Shown: positions 8,497 to 16,195 of the stretch, piece by piece
Numbering within the stretch: the first letter of the stretch is position 1
Layout of the letters: every line of letters starts with the position of its first letter
DNA from: a virus
DNA length: 64,000 bases
Virus record (IMG/VR): IMGVR_UViG_3300014913_000007
Location: 1 to 64,000 of that record
Reading direction: 5' to 3' (one strand)
Made by a program: the position numbers and the translations under genes
The notes under the pieces: generated by a model
Told to the model about the DNA's origin: nothing
What the model saw: only the letters and a program-made list of their open reading frames with translations
Database searches by the model: none

Positions 8497-8583
8497 AGAA
8501 TGAGCGTTCATTTTAGTGCATTGGCACGATTCTTGCTAGATCAACTAGAATGAATACTCACTCTAAAATGAGCGTTCATTTTT
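8497..8583. repeat. cluster of AATGA-N4-TCATT palindromes flanking a sigma54 box
   Basis: AATGAGCGTTCATT twice and AATGAATACTCACT once. Confidence 0.7.
8521..8542 (+). promoter_or_regulatory. sigma54 -24/-12 box (full consensus)
   Basis: TTGGCACGATTCTTGCTAGATC. Confidence 0.8.
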
Positions 8584-8875
8584 AAAACAAACATTCCTTT
8601 TACTTTACATACGTCCCAAGACGAGCTGTAGTAGGGATTTCCGAAAATACCCTGGGAGTTTCTACACTACCCCTTCCTAATACAAATGGCCTCTCGGCGC
8701 TGTGAGAATCTGTGATATCATACATAGAAGAGACACCCACCCCTAGCTGTCTTAAAACCTTTATTCGCTAAACCTATGCTTTGAAGATCAAAAGATCGCT
8801 GAAGTTTATAGTTGAGGGCCTAAAAGTCGCTAATCTCGTACTTGTTGGGCCTAAGAAGTCGCTGACTTGAATTAA

Positions 8876-8930
8876 TTTAGGGGAGTAATTATTTGCTTTG
8901 CAAATAATTCTACTTTTATATTAGTACAAT
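8876..8930. repeat. hairpin-containing repeat, copy 1 (copy 2 at 9803-9855)
   Basis: AATTATTTGC-NNN-GCAAATAATT followed by CTAC..ATATTAGTACAAT. Confidence 0.85.
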
Positions 8931-8934
8931 TCAG

Positions 8935-9216
8935 TTATACAAATCGTGCAATAAACCAGGTTCTTAGATATTCATCTCTAGAAACTGATAGGTAACAGTG
9001 TTCAAGGCTAGTAAACCTCTGTATAAAATTGTACTTCTGAATGAAGTTTTTCAGGTGAACCGGGGCCACATGGTAATATCCTCCATAACCTTTGTAGAAT
9101 AGTAAATACTTCTTTCCTTCTTCAAGATCATCCACATCCATAGAATTTTCTACATAGTAATACTTATATACTGCTGCACTTATGTCATATACGTCTTGTA
9201 AGATCTGATAATTCAT
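8935..9216 (-). CDS. small paralogue family member (GK-x-YLL...Y-x-x-x-WF)
   Basis: LEEGKKYLLF...EYLRTWFI; start chosen for coupling to upstream stop. Confidence 0.7.
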   Translation of the reverse strand: MNYQILQDVYDISAAVYKYYYVENSMDVDDLEEGKKYLLFYKGYGGYYHVAPVHLKNFIQKYNFIQRFTSLEHCYLSVSRDEYLRTWFIARFV

Positions 9217-9497
9217 ATATACCTTACCAAAAACCAACATTCACCATAATTACGTAATTCGAACGTAGCTATGCTAAAAGGTCTCTCATTATTAATACCT
9301 CTAAACTTCAAATCTCTACTAAGATGTCCTAGGCCGTCATAGACAACTCTTGCTACTCTATATGTACTTCGTTTTTGAGAGAGGCCATGAAAAATACAAA
9401 CCACATATAAATAAGTCTGCCCTACTTGAAGAGTGTCACTTACAGTGTTTAATGCTTTAGTAACTAAATAATCACCTATCTTGTTGGATACTTCCAT
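9213..9497 (-). CDS. small paralogue family member
   Basis: LQVGQTYLY...NYGECWFL. Confidence 0.7.
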   Translation of the reverse strand: MEVSNKIGDYLVTKALNTVSDTLQVGQTYLYVVCIFHGLSQKRSTYRVARVVYDGLGHLSRDLKFRGINNERPFSIATFELRNYGECWFLVRYI

Positions 9498-9499
9498 AC

Positions 9500-9772
9500 T
9501 TACATGAACCTCATAATGAACCAATTAATATTATGTCCTCTCAGTGGTAAATAACCAGGTCTTGATGCATTAAGATACCACATTGCTCCATCACATACAT
9601 GGCTAATATAAATTTCGTCCACTATGTAAGAAAGGCCATAGTAAGAAAAGAGTAAGCATTCCTTGCCTTCGAGTTCTTTCCAAAAATCTGCGGGGAGAGT
9701 ATCAACAAGATCTCCTAATTGATAAGTAGCCTTCTTTTGATAATACTTAAACGTTTCCGTAGTTATCTTCAT
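9500..9772 (-). CDS. small paralogue family member, leaderless
   Basis: LEGKECLLF...NWFI; ATG 7 nt after GCCGATAC. Confidence 0.75.
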   Translation of the reverse strand: MKITTETFKYYQKKATYQLGDLVDTLPADFWKELEGKECLLFSYYGLSYIVDEIYISHVCDGAMWYLNASRPGYLPLRGHNINWFIMRFM

Positions 9773-9779
9773 AGTAGCA

Positions 9780-9806
9780 GTATCGGCAGTTTGCCAGGAA
9801 ACTTTA
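9780..9806 (-). promoter_or_regulatory. sigma28-type promoter
   Basis: TAAAGTTT-N11-GCCGATAC. Confidence 0.8.
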
Positions 9807-9855
9807 GGGGTAATTATTTGCTCCGCAAATAATTCTACCTTAATATTAGTACAAT
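9803..9855. repeat. hairpin-containing repeat, copy 2
   Basis: AATTATTTGCTCCGCAAATAATT. Confidence 0.85.
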
Positions 9856-9859
9856 CGGG

Positions 9860-10186
9860 TCAAATAACCTCAACAAATATCCATTTCTTACCGTAGTGGT
9901 GTTCCTTTAAGCACATATCATGCTTTCCTGTTCCATATACTCCTGTCCAGTATTCCAGGCCGTGGCCAGCGAAGACTATTGGGTCCGTCTTCCACACTGT
10001 AACTATAGCAAGCACTACTATCTGGTCCTCAGGGGCGGGATCTTCCCAAGCTCCGTACCCTAAGTCATTAACAAGTAAGTACTTCTTATGTAACTTAATA
10101 TCCTCCAGACGTACCCTACTATCATTGAGGCTACGGATGAATCTCTTTATTGAATCGTTCTTTTGATATTCCTTACAATATGGCAT
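9860..10186 (-). CDS. small paralogue family member, leaderless
   Basis: HKKYLLV...HYGKKWIF; promoter TAAAGTTA-N12-GCCGATAC at 10194-10221, ATG 7 nt later. Confidence 0.75.
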   Translation of the reverse strand: MPYCKEYQKNDSIKRFIRSLNDSRVRLEDIKLHKKYLLVNDLGYGAWEDPAPEDQIVVLAIVTVWKTDPIVFAGHGLEYWTGVYGTGKHDMCLKEHHYGKKWIFVEVI

Positions 10187-10234
10187 ATATACAGTATCGG
10201 CATCGGGCGGGAATAACTTTAGTTATTTCTTTTT

Positions 10235-10258
10235 TTGGTATGCTTTTTGCTAGATCTA
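10235..10258 (+). promoter_or_regulatory. sigma54 -24/-12 box with TAGATC tail
   Basis: TTGGTATGCTTTTTGCTAGATCTA. Confidence 0.7.
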
Positions 10259-10579
10259 CAGCCAAGCCATAGAGAATTTAATAGATAGAGAAGAAGCTCC
10301 TATTCTATACATAGTTACACTTATTGAATTTAAAGTAGTATTGCCACTATTAAAGAAATACCTGTTATTTGGCGTAGTTGGATGTTCAAGTCTATAAAAA
10401 TCCACGCTGGGAACGAAAACACCTGTATCTGAATGGTCAACAGTTAATATAAACTGATTAGGTACTGCACCTTTATTATGATTCATAGTATATACAACAT
10501 TATTTCCACCTGTAAGTACCGGATGCGTATATGTGCTAGATGTAAAACTTGTTACGCCTTCATTAGTTAGTCTAATCAT
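10256..10579 (-). CDS. beta-rich protein, paralogue of 16196..16519 (possible virion/tail-associated)
   Basis: MIRL.NE...FTSS...HP...NHN.G shared; GGAG SD. Confidence 0.7.
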   Translation of the reverse strand: MIRLTNEGVTSFTSSTYTHPVLTGGNNVVYTMNHNKGAVPNQFILTVDHSDTGVFVPSVDFYRLEHPTTPNNRYFFNSGNTTLNSISVTMYRIGASSLSIKFSMAWL

Positions 10580-10941
10580 TTTATAACTCCTGGTTAAATG
10601 TGTGTCTACTAAATATAAAGTACATTCAAATAAACCAATTGAATTATTATCTATAGTTTATTTAGTATATGTCCACTTGTAAAGGATGATAGTCCATAGA
10701 TAAATAATGTAATTCGATTATTATATAACAATAACTCAATTAGATTATAAATATAAATAAAGGAACTCGATTATTTATGTAAGTGGCTATATTCATTACG
10801 TAGAAACAGGTAAGTATATTATATATGTCAGATAAAATAATGTAATTCGATTATTATAGATTATAATGAAATTAAGCTGTAAAATACGGAAGATATATAA
10901 CTATATCAGATAGTTAAGTACAATATAACAATTCAAATGTA

Positions 10942-11193
10942 TTATAAGTAATTGAGCACGTACCAAGTCTCTAGATAGTTATCTGTTTTGAACTCGGAAA
11001 AGGTAGCCTTATCAGTATTTAAGACTCTTACACGAGTGCAGGTAGCTCCTGGCGACCAGCTTCGTAACTCCAGGTTACAGATCCTCACTATTCTCTCACC
11101 TGAGTCATGCTTGGTGAACAGTGTATACTTCTTACCACGACTTAGGCTTTTTAGGTTCAATGCCTTAGATGCATATGCGCTGAAATTTCCCAT
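10942..11193 (-). CDS. small paralogue family member, leaderless (true start 11193)
   Basis: LSRGKKYTLF...NYLETWYV; promoter at 11201-11227 ends 7 nt before this ATG. Confidence 0.75.
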   Translation of the reverse strand: MGNFSAYASKALNLKSLSRGKKYTLFTKHDSGERIVRICNLELRSWSPGATCTRVRVLNTDKATFSEFKTDNYLETWYVLNYL

Positions 11194-11200
11194 ACTATTA

Positions 11201-11227
11201 GTATCGGCACAATTCACATAAACTTTA
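11201..11227 (-). promoter_or_regulatory. sigma28-type promoter
   Basis: TAAAGTTT-N11-GCCGATAC. Confidence 0.8.
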
Positions 11228-11253
11228 GCTATTTTCTTACAAAAATCTTCTAA

Positions 11254-11277
11254 TAGATCTAGCAAGAACCATGCCAA
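11254..11277 (-). promoter_or_regulatory. sigma54 -24/-12 box with TAGATC tail
   Basis: TTGGCATGGTTCTTGCTAGATCTA on minus strand. Confidence 0.75.
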
Positions 11278-11811
11278 AATTTTAAGAATAATTTTTTTCA
11301 AAAAGATAGTGGTATTTCGGGGCTTTACCACATTAAATATGTATGTGTAAATATAAATAAATAGGTAAATGACTATGGTACATAGATATCTGAAGATAAA
11401 TAAGTGAAAAAAGTACGTAATATTACTAAATATGAAGGTAAGTAGCGTACAAATATGTACAAATACATATCCCATAGAAGTATGAAAGAGTACATATCCC
11501 ATAGAGAGAAAGGTAAGTAAGATTGGGTAGTTAAGTATAGATAAATATATATCCCATAGTACCTAAATAAGAATTAGTGCTAAAATAGTAGTGGTATAAG
11601 GTGTAAGTAAAGTGGTGTAAAATGGTATAAAGTGGTAAATAAGTAATACAAACCATATAAGTAAGAGGTACATAAATAAGTTAAGTAGATCACTATAAGT
11701 AGATATCTGAAGGTATGTACGTGGAAGGAGAATAGCTTGTAACAGTCTATTACTTACTATAGGTATCTTATATAGGGTGTATAGTTGTAGAGGTATATAA
11801 GGCTATGAACG

Positions 11812-11850
11812 TTTCAAATGTAGATCTCTCCGTGAAGCCCCGACCCTCCC
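11812..11850 (+). repeat. GC-rich intergenic motif, copy 1 of 4
   Basis: GATCTCTCCGTGAAGCCCCGACCCTC; others at 12549, 13708, 14214. Confidence 0.8.
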
Positions 11851-11881
11851 TCTTCTTGTCTAAAGTGTTATACTAGTTAGG

Positions 11882-12079
11882 TTAGATTGTATGTATTAAA
11901 TAGAATCCATAATCTCTAGTTGGCTGTTCTAGATAATGTAACCATTGGCAATGTCTAGTTTCTTCTGTAGTACTACCAATCCTGACCATTAAACTATATA
12001 GTTTACCTTTCTGTAAATCCTCTATTGGGAGTCTATATTCTAATAGATCATTATAAGTATCAATAGTAATAGAAATCAT
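11882..12079 (-). CDS. small paralogue family member
   Basis: LQKGKLYSL...DYGFYL. Confidence 0.65.
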   Translation of the reverse strand: MISITIDTYNDLLEYRLPIEDLQKGKLYSLMVRIGSTTEETRHCQWLHYLEQPTRDYGFYLIHTI

Positions 12080-12131
12080 TTATTTAAATATGTTACATTA
12101 GTAGACATATATTAAGTGTACCATATTCATA

Positions 12132-12160
12132 TTGACAAGTAAACCTCCTTAATATAGAAT
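12132..12160 (+). promoter_or_regulatory. sigma70-type promoter (leaderless gene)
   Basis: TTGACA-N17-TAGAAT, ATG 6 nt downstream. Confidence 0.75.
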
Positions 12161-12166
12161 ACAGGT

Positions 12167-12520
12167 ATGAGGGAGGATGTATTAAGAAGACAATTAAGAG
12201 ACAGTACAGGTCCAATAGATATCTGGGTAGAGAATGAATTCTTTGAAGCTAACAAACATAGACAAGTACCTGTAGATGTAATACTAGCTAAACTAGAGTC
12301 ATATGACACTAATAAAGGCTATGAGAAGAAAATAAGAATAATGCAAGTAATCTCTAATATAGACTTGAGTACAAGTAAGAAAATAAATGCTAGATACTGT
12401 TCAATACTGGTATGTAACCTGCAGAATCTGGATGATAGAAAATTACTAACCTCTATTATACTCAATATGAATCATCCTTGGTTTGATACTAGAGATACTT
12501 ACTTTATGTATGTTGTTTAA
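12167..12520 (+). CDS. hypothetical protein, leaderless; related to 13372..13656
   Basis: FFEA.K...(V/I)P...TYF.Y shared. Confidence 0.7.
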   Translation: MREDVLRRQLRDSTGPIDIWVENEFFEANKHRQVPVDVILAKLESYDTNKGYEKKIRIMQVISNIDLSTSKKINARYCSILVCNLQNLDDRKLLTSIILNMNHPWFDTRDTYFMYVV

Positions 12521-12588
12521 TGTATAGACTACAAGGGTAAGAATGATTGGATCTCTCCGTGAAGCCCGCCCTTCCCAGAATCAATTAG

Positions 12589-12819
12589 TTAGCCTCTGAG
12601 TAGAACCTGCAATGCATTGTATACTGGAACATTGGAATAAAACCTAAGATCAAAGTCTATCAATGCCAAGTTAGGAGTTTCTCCTCTTCCAGCCACATAA
12701 TGTTCTGAAACATATAGTTCACACAACCAGAGCTTCCTTGCAATGTCGAACTTTATCTCTATCTTATTTATAAGGCTTGCTGTTAATGTATCTAAAATAT
12801 ATCCATCTACTTCTATCAT
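12589..12819 (-). CDS. hypothetical phage protein
   Basis: GGAG SD; promoter TAAAGTTT-N11-GCCGATAC at 12842-12868. Confidence 0.7.
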   Translation of the reverse strand: MIEVDGYILDTLTASLINKIEIKFDIARKLWLCELYVSEHYVAGRGETPNLALIDFDLRFYSNVPVYNALQVLLRG

Positions 12820-12922
12820 AAGTTAATATCTCCTGGTACTAGTATCGGCATATTCTCAGAAAACTTTAGCTTTATTATATATCCCATAGTTAATTAAGTA
12901 TATTAAGTGTACCATAGTAATA

Positions 12923-12951
12923 TTGACAAGTAAACATAATAAATGTACCAT
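12923..12951 (+). promoter_or_regulatory. sigma70-type promoter (leaderless gene)
   Basis: TTGACA-N17-TACCAT, ATG at 12958. Confidence 0.7.
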
Positions 12952-12957
12952 AGTGAT

Positions 12958-13305
12958 ATGGAATTACACAAAGGAACAACAAGGTATTGCATACTAACAA
13001 GCAAATACGCTATTAAGATACCTAGCTTGTATAGTTGGGAACTATTTCTTACAGGACTACTGTGTAATATGCAGGAAGTACAGTGGAATACCTTAGATCC
13101 ATTACTATGCCCTGTATTGTTTAAACTTCCCTTAGGCTTTCTTCTAGTTATGCCAAAAGTTAGGATACTAGAAGAAAGACTATCAAACTCTGAGTTTAGT
13201 GTACTTATTAGTAGAAAAGATATATTACTTCCGATAGAAAATAAAAGAAACAGTTTCGGATACCTATCAACTGGGGAACTAGTCGCAATAGACTATGGTA
13301 CCTGA
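12958..13305 (+). CDS. minimal protein-kinase-like protein
   Basis: G-T-T-R, YAIKIP, conserved E, N-x-FG, IDYG motifs in kinase order. Confidence 0.55.
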   Translation: MELHKGTTRYCILTSKYAIKIPSLYSWELFLTGLLCNMQEVQWNTLDPLLCPVLFKLPLGFLLVMPKVRILEERLSNSEFSVLISRKDILLPIENKRNSFGYLSTGELVAIDYGT

Positions 13306-13322
13306 GAAAGCTTATATTGACA

Positions 13323-13350
13323 AGTAAAGTAAAGTAAAGTAAAGTAAAGT
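13323..13350 (+). repeat. (AGTAA)5 microsatellite inside promoter spacer
   Basis: between TTGACA (13317-13322) and TAATAT (13360-13365). Confidence 0.9.
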
Positions 13351-13371
13351 TAAGTAAGATAATATACTGAT

Positions 13372-13656
13372 ATGAGCATACCATATGATACAGAGCTAGA
13401 TAAAGACTTCTTTGAGGCATACAAAGATAAGCATATACCTTTAGAAGATGTAGAGAGGATGCTAAAAGCTAAGAAAGGAAGGATACTAGCAATATGTAGG
13501 TGGCATAACGTTGCAAATACTAGTCATGGATGTGATGCTTATCCATTAAATTTAAGAAATAAACTTACTAATGAATATATAAGAAGGGATCTTGACTTCC
13601 CTACATTTAAAAAAGATACTCATTTAATAGAGACTTACTTCTTATATGGTATATAA
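13372..13656 (+). CDS. hypothetical protein, related to 12167..12520
   Basis: see above. Confidence 0.7.
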   Translation: MSIPYDTELDKDFFEAYKDKHIPLEDVERMLKAKKGRILAICRWHNVANTSHGCDAYPLNLRNKLTNEYIRRDLDFPTFKKDTHLIETYFLYGI

Positions 13657-13745
13657 GGGCTACCTCTATGTAGTATTTAATTAACTCAGTATAATAAGTG
13701 TGTTAGGTGTAGAATCTCTCCTGTAGGCCCGGCCCTCTTTTTTGC

Positions 13746-13772
13746 TAAAGTTATTTAAAAATATGCCGATAT
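13746..13772 (+). promoter_or_regulatory. sigma28-type promoter
   Basis: TAAAGTTA-N11-GCCGATAT. Confidence 0.8.
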
Positions 13773-13779
13773 ACTAGAT

Positions 13780-14007
13780 ATGACAAATTGGGATGACGAA
13801 AAGGAGTGTTTAAAAGCTGTTAAAGAAAATGGATGGGCTTTACAGTATGTAAAAAATCAAACTCCAGAAATCTGCTTGGCTGCTGTTAAAGAGGATGCAG
13901 ATGCTTTACGATATGTAAAAACAGTGAATTGTTCCTACGAATTAAAAAATTATGTTTTAAATAACTTAAGGGAGGACCTAATCAAAACTTACCCTTCACA
14001 AATTTGA
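13780..14007 (+). CDS. DUF4116-like repeat protein, leaderless
   Basis: AVKENGWALQYVKNQTPEICLAAVK repeat. Confidence 0.8.
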   Translation: MTNWDDEKECLKAVKENGWALQYVKNQTPEICLAAVKEDADALRYVKTVNCSYELKNYVLNNLREDLIKTYPSQI

Positions 14008-14259
14008 ATATTCCGGGTTCAATCGTTTAATACATATTCCATATAAACATTAAAACCTACTTAAAAGGATGAAGTTTATAGTCAAGTACAAACCATGCAG
14101 GTTTCTTACTATCTTTAGTAGGATCTTCTAAGATACTTAGAGATCATACCTTCAGAAGCTTTAAGATAACCAATAATTTCCTACTGATTACACTTCATAT
14201 GAGGGTATAAACTTTTCAAATGTGGATCTCCGTGAAGGCCGATCCTCTCGTGTAATCAA

Positions 14260-14523
14260 CTAGTTAAGGGCTTCTGCTGGTTGTACTCCATCCTGATTAA
14301 TTTCTTTGATTATCTTATCATTTAGTATGAAGAAGAGAGATATGTTTTTATTAGCATATTCAGTTATCTCTTCGCTAGTCCATCCGTCGAACTCACCTGT
14401 GACTGTAGTAGTACCTATACCTGGTAGGTGAGTTGCCTTGTCACTAGGATATGATTTATTAAACTTAAGATCTATTACTTTACCAGAGGGCAGTTTTAGT
14501 TTTAAAACAGTCTTTATATTCAT
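14260..14523 (-). CDS. hypothetical phage protein
   Basis: ORF with AGGA SD. Confidence 0.65.
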   Translation of the reverse strand: MNIKTVLKLKLPSGKVIDLKFNKSYPSDKATHLPGIGTTTVTGEFDGWTSEEITEYANKNISLFFILNDKIIKEINQDGVQPAEALN

Positions 14524-14632
14524 GTATTATGTATCCTATAATCATTAAGTATATTAAATTAGATTCTTAATATAAATATCACCTACACTTGTCCAGTAGT
14601 TAATAAACATTTAATACATATCCCATAGTTAG

Positions 14633-14899
14633 TTAGATTGCATAGGTTAAGAACCAACCATTGTAGTAGTCCTTAGTATTCACATAAGCTCTAGATCCTC
14701 CTAAAGTCCCGTAATATATACCTGTTATACTTACGTGATCAAGTTTGACTTGATCCATGAAGAAAACCTCTTTGCCTCTGTTGAAGTCAGTATAGAATCT
14801 GCATAACTTAGTACCTAGTGGGATAGCATCTAACTTGCCTAAATCTAACGACATATAGTAATAAGTATAGTAAGTTGATTCGTCGATATTAATGCTCAT
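14633..14899 (-). CDS. small paralogue family member, leaderless
   Basis: DYYNGWFL; promoter TAAAGTTT-N11-GCCGATAT at 14907-14933. Confidence 0.75.
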   Translation of the reverse strand: MSINIDESTYYTYYYMSLDLGKLDAIPLGTKLCRFYTDFNRGKEVFFMDQVKLDHVSITGIYYGTLGGSRAYVNTKDYYNGWFLTYAI

Positions 14900-15027
14900 A
14901 CTAGGTATATCGGCAGGACCCCAAAAAACTTTAGGAATTTATTATATGTACCATAATTAAATTGACATGTAAACATAATAGAGGTACCACAGTGATATGA
15001 GAAGAACAAGGCGAGAGTGAGATTAAA

Positions 15028-15549
15028 GTGATAATTTATATTAAAACAGAACGTCTCTATATTCAAGAAGGACTTCAAAGGTTAGGTTTAGCGTCCCTAA
15101 ATATCTACTACTCTGATGACAGGTGGTTGGCTATTAGAGGACTATCTAAAAGAACTAAACCTTATCTTTGTGCAGGTTGTAATGAAAAAAATAAGAAAAT
15201 ACTTCATTTACATCATAAAACATATGAAAATTTAGGACTACCTAGCGAAATTAGTGATCTAGTCTGGTTATGTAAAAGATGTCATAGAGAAATTCATTTA
15301 TCTAGTCTTGATAATTTATATGAAAATACTAATAAGTTAATAAAATTAGGCAAGAAAATAGAAGAAGCATCGGCTAAAGAACCGAAAAAAACTAAAAAAC
15401 GTAAGAAAATAGAAGCTAAATCAAAAAAGATAAAGAAAAGTAAACACATTATAACTAAGAAACAAACTAGAAGATTGAATAGAAAAAGGAAGTACGCTAG
15501 CAAGTACGATGCCTTACCTATAGGTATAATAAAAGTAAAAAAGAATTAA
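15028..15549 (+). CDS. HNH-family endonuclease
   Basis: CAGC...LHLHHKTY.NLG...LCKRCHREIH. Confidence 0.7.
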   Translation: MIIYIKTERLYIQEGLQRLGLASLNIYYSDDRWLAIRGLSKRTKPYLCAGCNEKNKKILHLHHKTYENLGLPSEISDLVWLCKRCHREIHLSSLDNLYENTNKLIKLGKKIEEASAKEPKKTKKRKKIEAKSKKIKKSKHIITKKQTRRLNRKRKYASKYDALPIGIIKVKKN

Positions 15550-15758
15550 TTAATTAATTAATTAATTATACTACCTATCTAATCATGTAAAAATATAATA
15601 ACCTACCAATGTTATAATAGTAGTCAGAATCATACTAACCACACCTGCTTAATTTGTTCTGCTCCATTCATACTATACTTCTCCCTTAGTATACGTTTAT
15701 TATACTTATGTGTCAAATTAAAGCTAAAGTTTTTATAGAATCTGCCGATATACTATAT

Positions 15759-15851
15759 GCAGGTAGACTAGGTTTTACTGTTAAGCTGATCAATAACTAA
15801 TAGTAGAGGGTTCGGATGATGGTAAGTGTAAACCTCCCCTTATACCTGTGC
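15759..15851 (+). ncRNA. candidate structured leader / tRNA-like RNA
   Basis: starts at predicted TSS of promoter 15725-15751; GCAGGTA/TACCTGT closing stem and internal stems. Confidence 0.35.
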
Positions 15852-15874
15852 TTTAATTTTGAACAGAGGAAACC

Positions 15875-16060
15875 ATGCTAAACAAACATTTTAAGAAAGC
15901 GTTTAAAAAACAAATAATGGATTTTTATACTGGAGTAGTAGATTTTAAGATGGATAAGGAGAGTTGGAAATTCTGGGGTGAGTTTATTGCCTTCTATTGT
16001 TTAGTTGTACCCTTTGTAGCTGCCTTTATAGGTTTAGTGTATTACCTAAATAATAATTAA
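15875..16060 (+). CDS. small membrane protein
   Basis: C-terminal TM segment; GAGG SD. Confidence 0.65.
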   Translation: MLNKHFKKAFKKQIMDFYTGVVDFKMDKESWKFWGEFIAFYCLVVPFVAAFIGLVYYLNNN

Positions 16061-16195
16061 TATGAAAAAGAAAACACCTACATACACAGATGGAAAAGGA
16101 ACTGGAGATAGTAGAGTTATTAGCAATTTTAGAAGAGTTTTTGATCACATATGGTGATCATTTAGCTAATATATACTTCTTACCTTTAGTATAAA

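Noticed and set aside
11194-11502. N-terminal 103 aa of ORF-track ORF 10942..11502
   Set aside because: Runs through promoter, sigma54 box and low-complexity DNA; the real start is the promoter-adjacent ATG at 11193.
2479-14249. CRISPR array interpretation of the repeats
   Set aside because: Repeats are hundreds of bp apart, of mixed orientation, and not separated by uniform spacers.
14896-15078. ORF 14896..15078 (-)
   Set aside because: Spans two divergent promoters and overlaps the HNH gene antisense.
15759-15851. Canonical tRNA gene
   Set aside because: No proper D-arm, 7-nt anticodon loop or 7-nt T-loop; kept only as a tRNA-like candidate.
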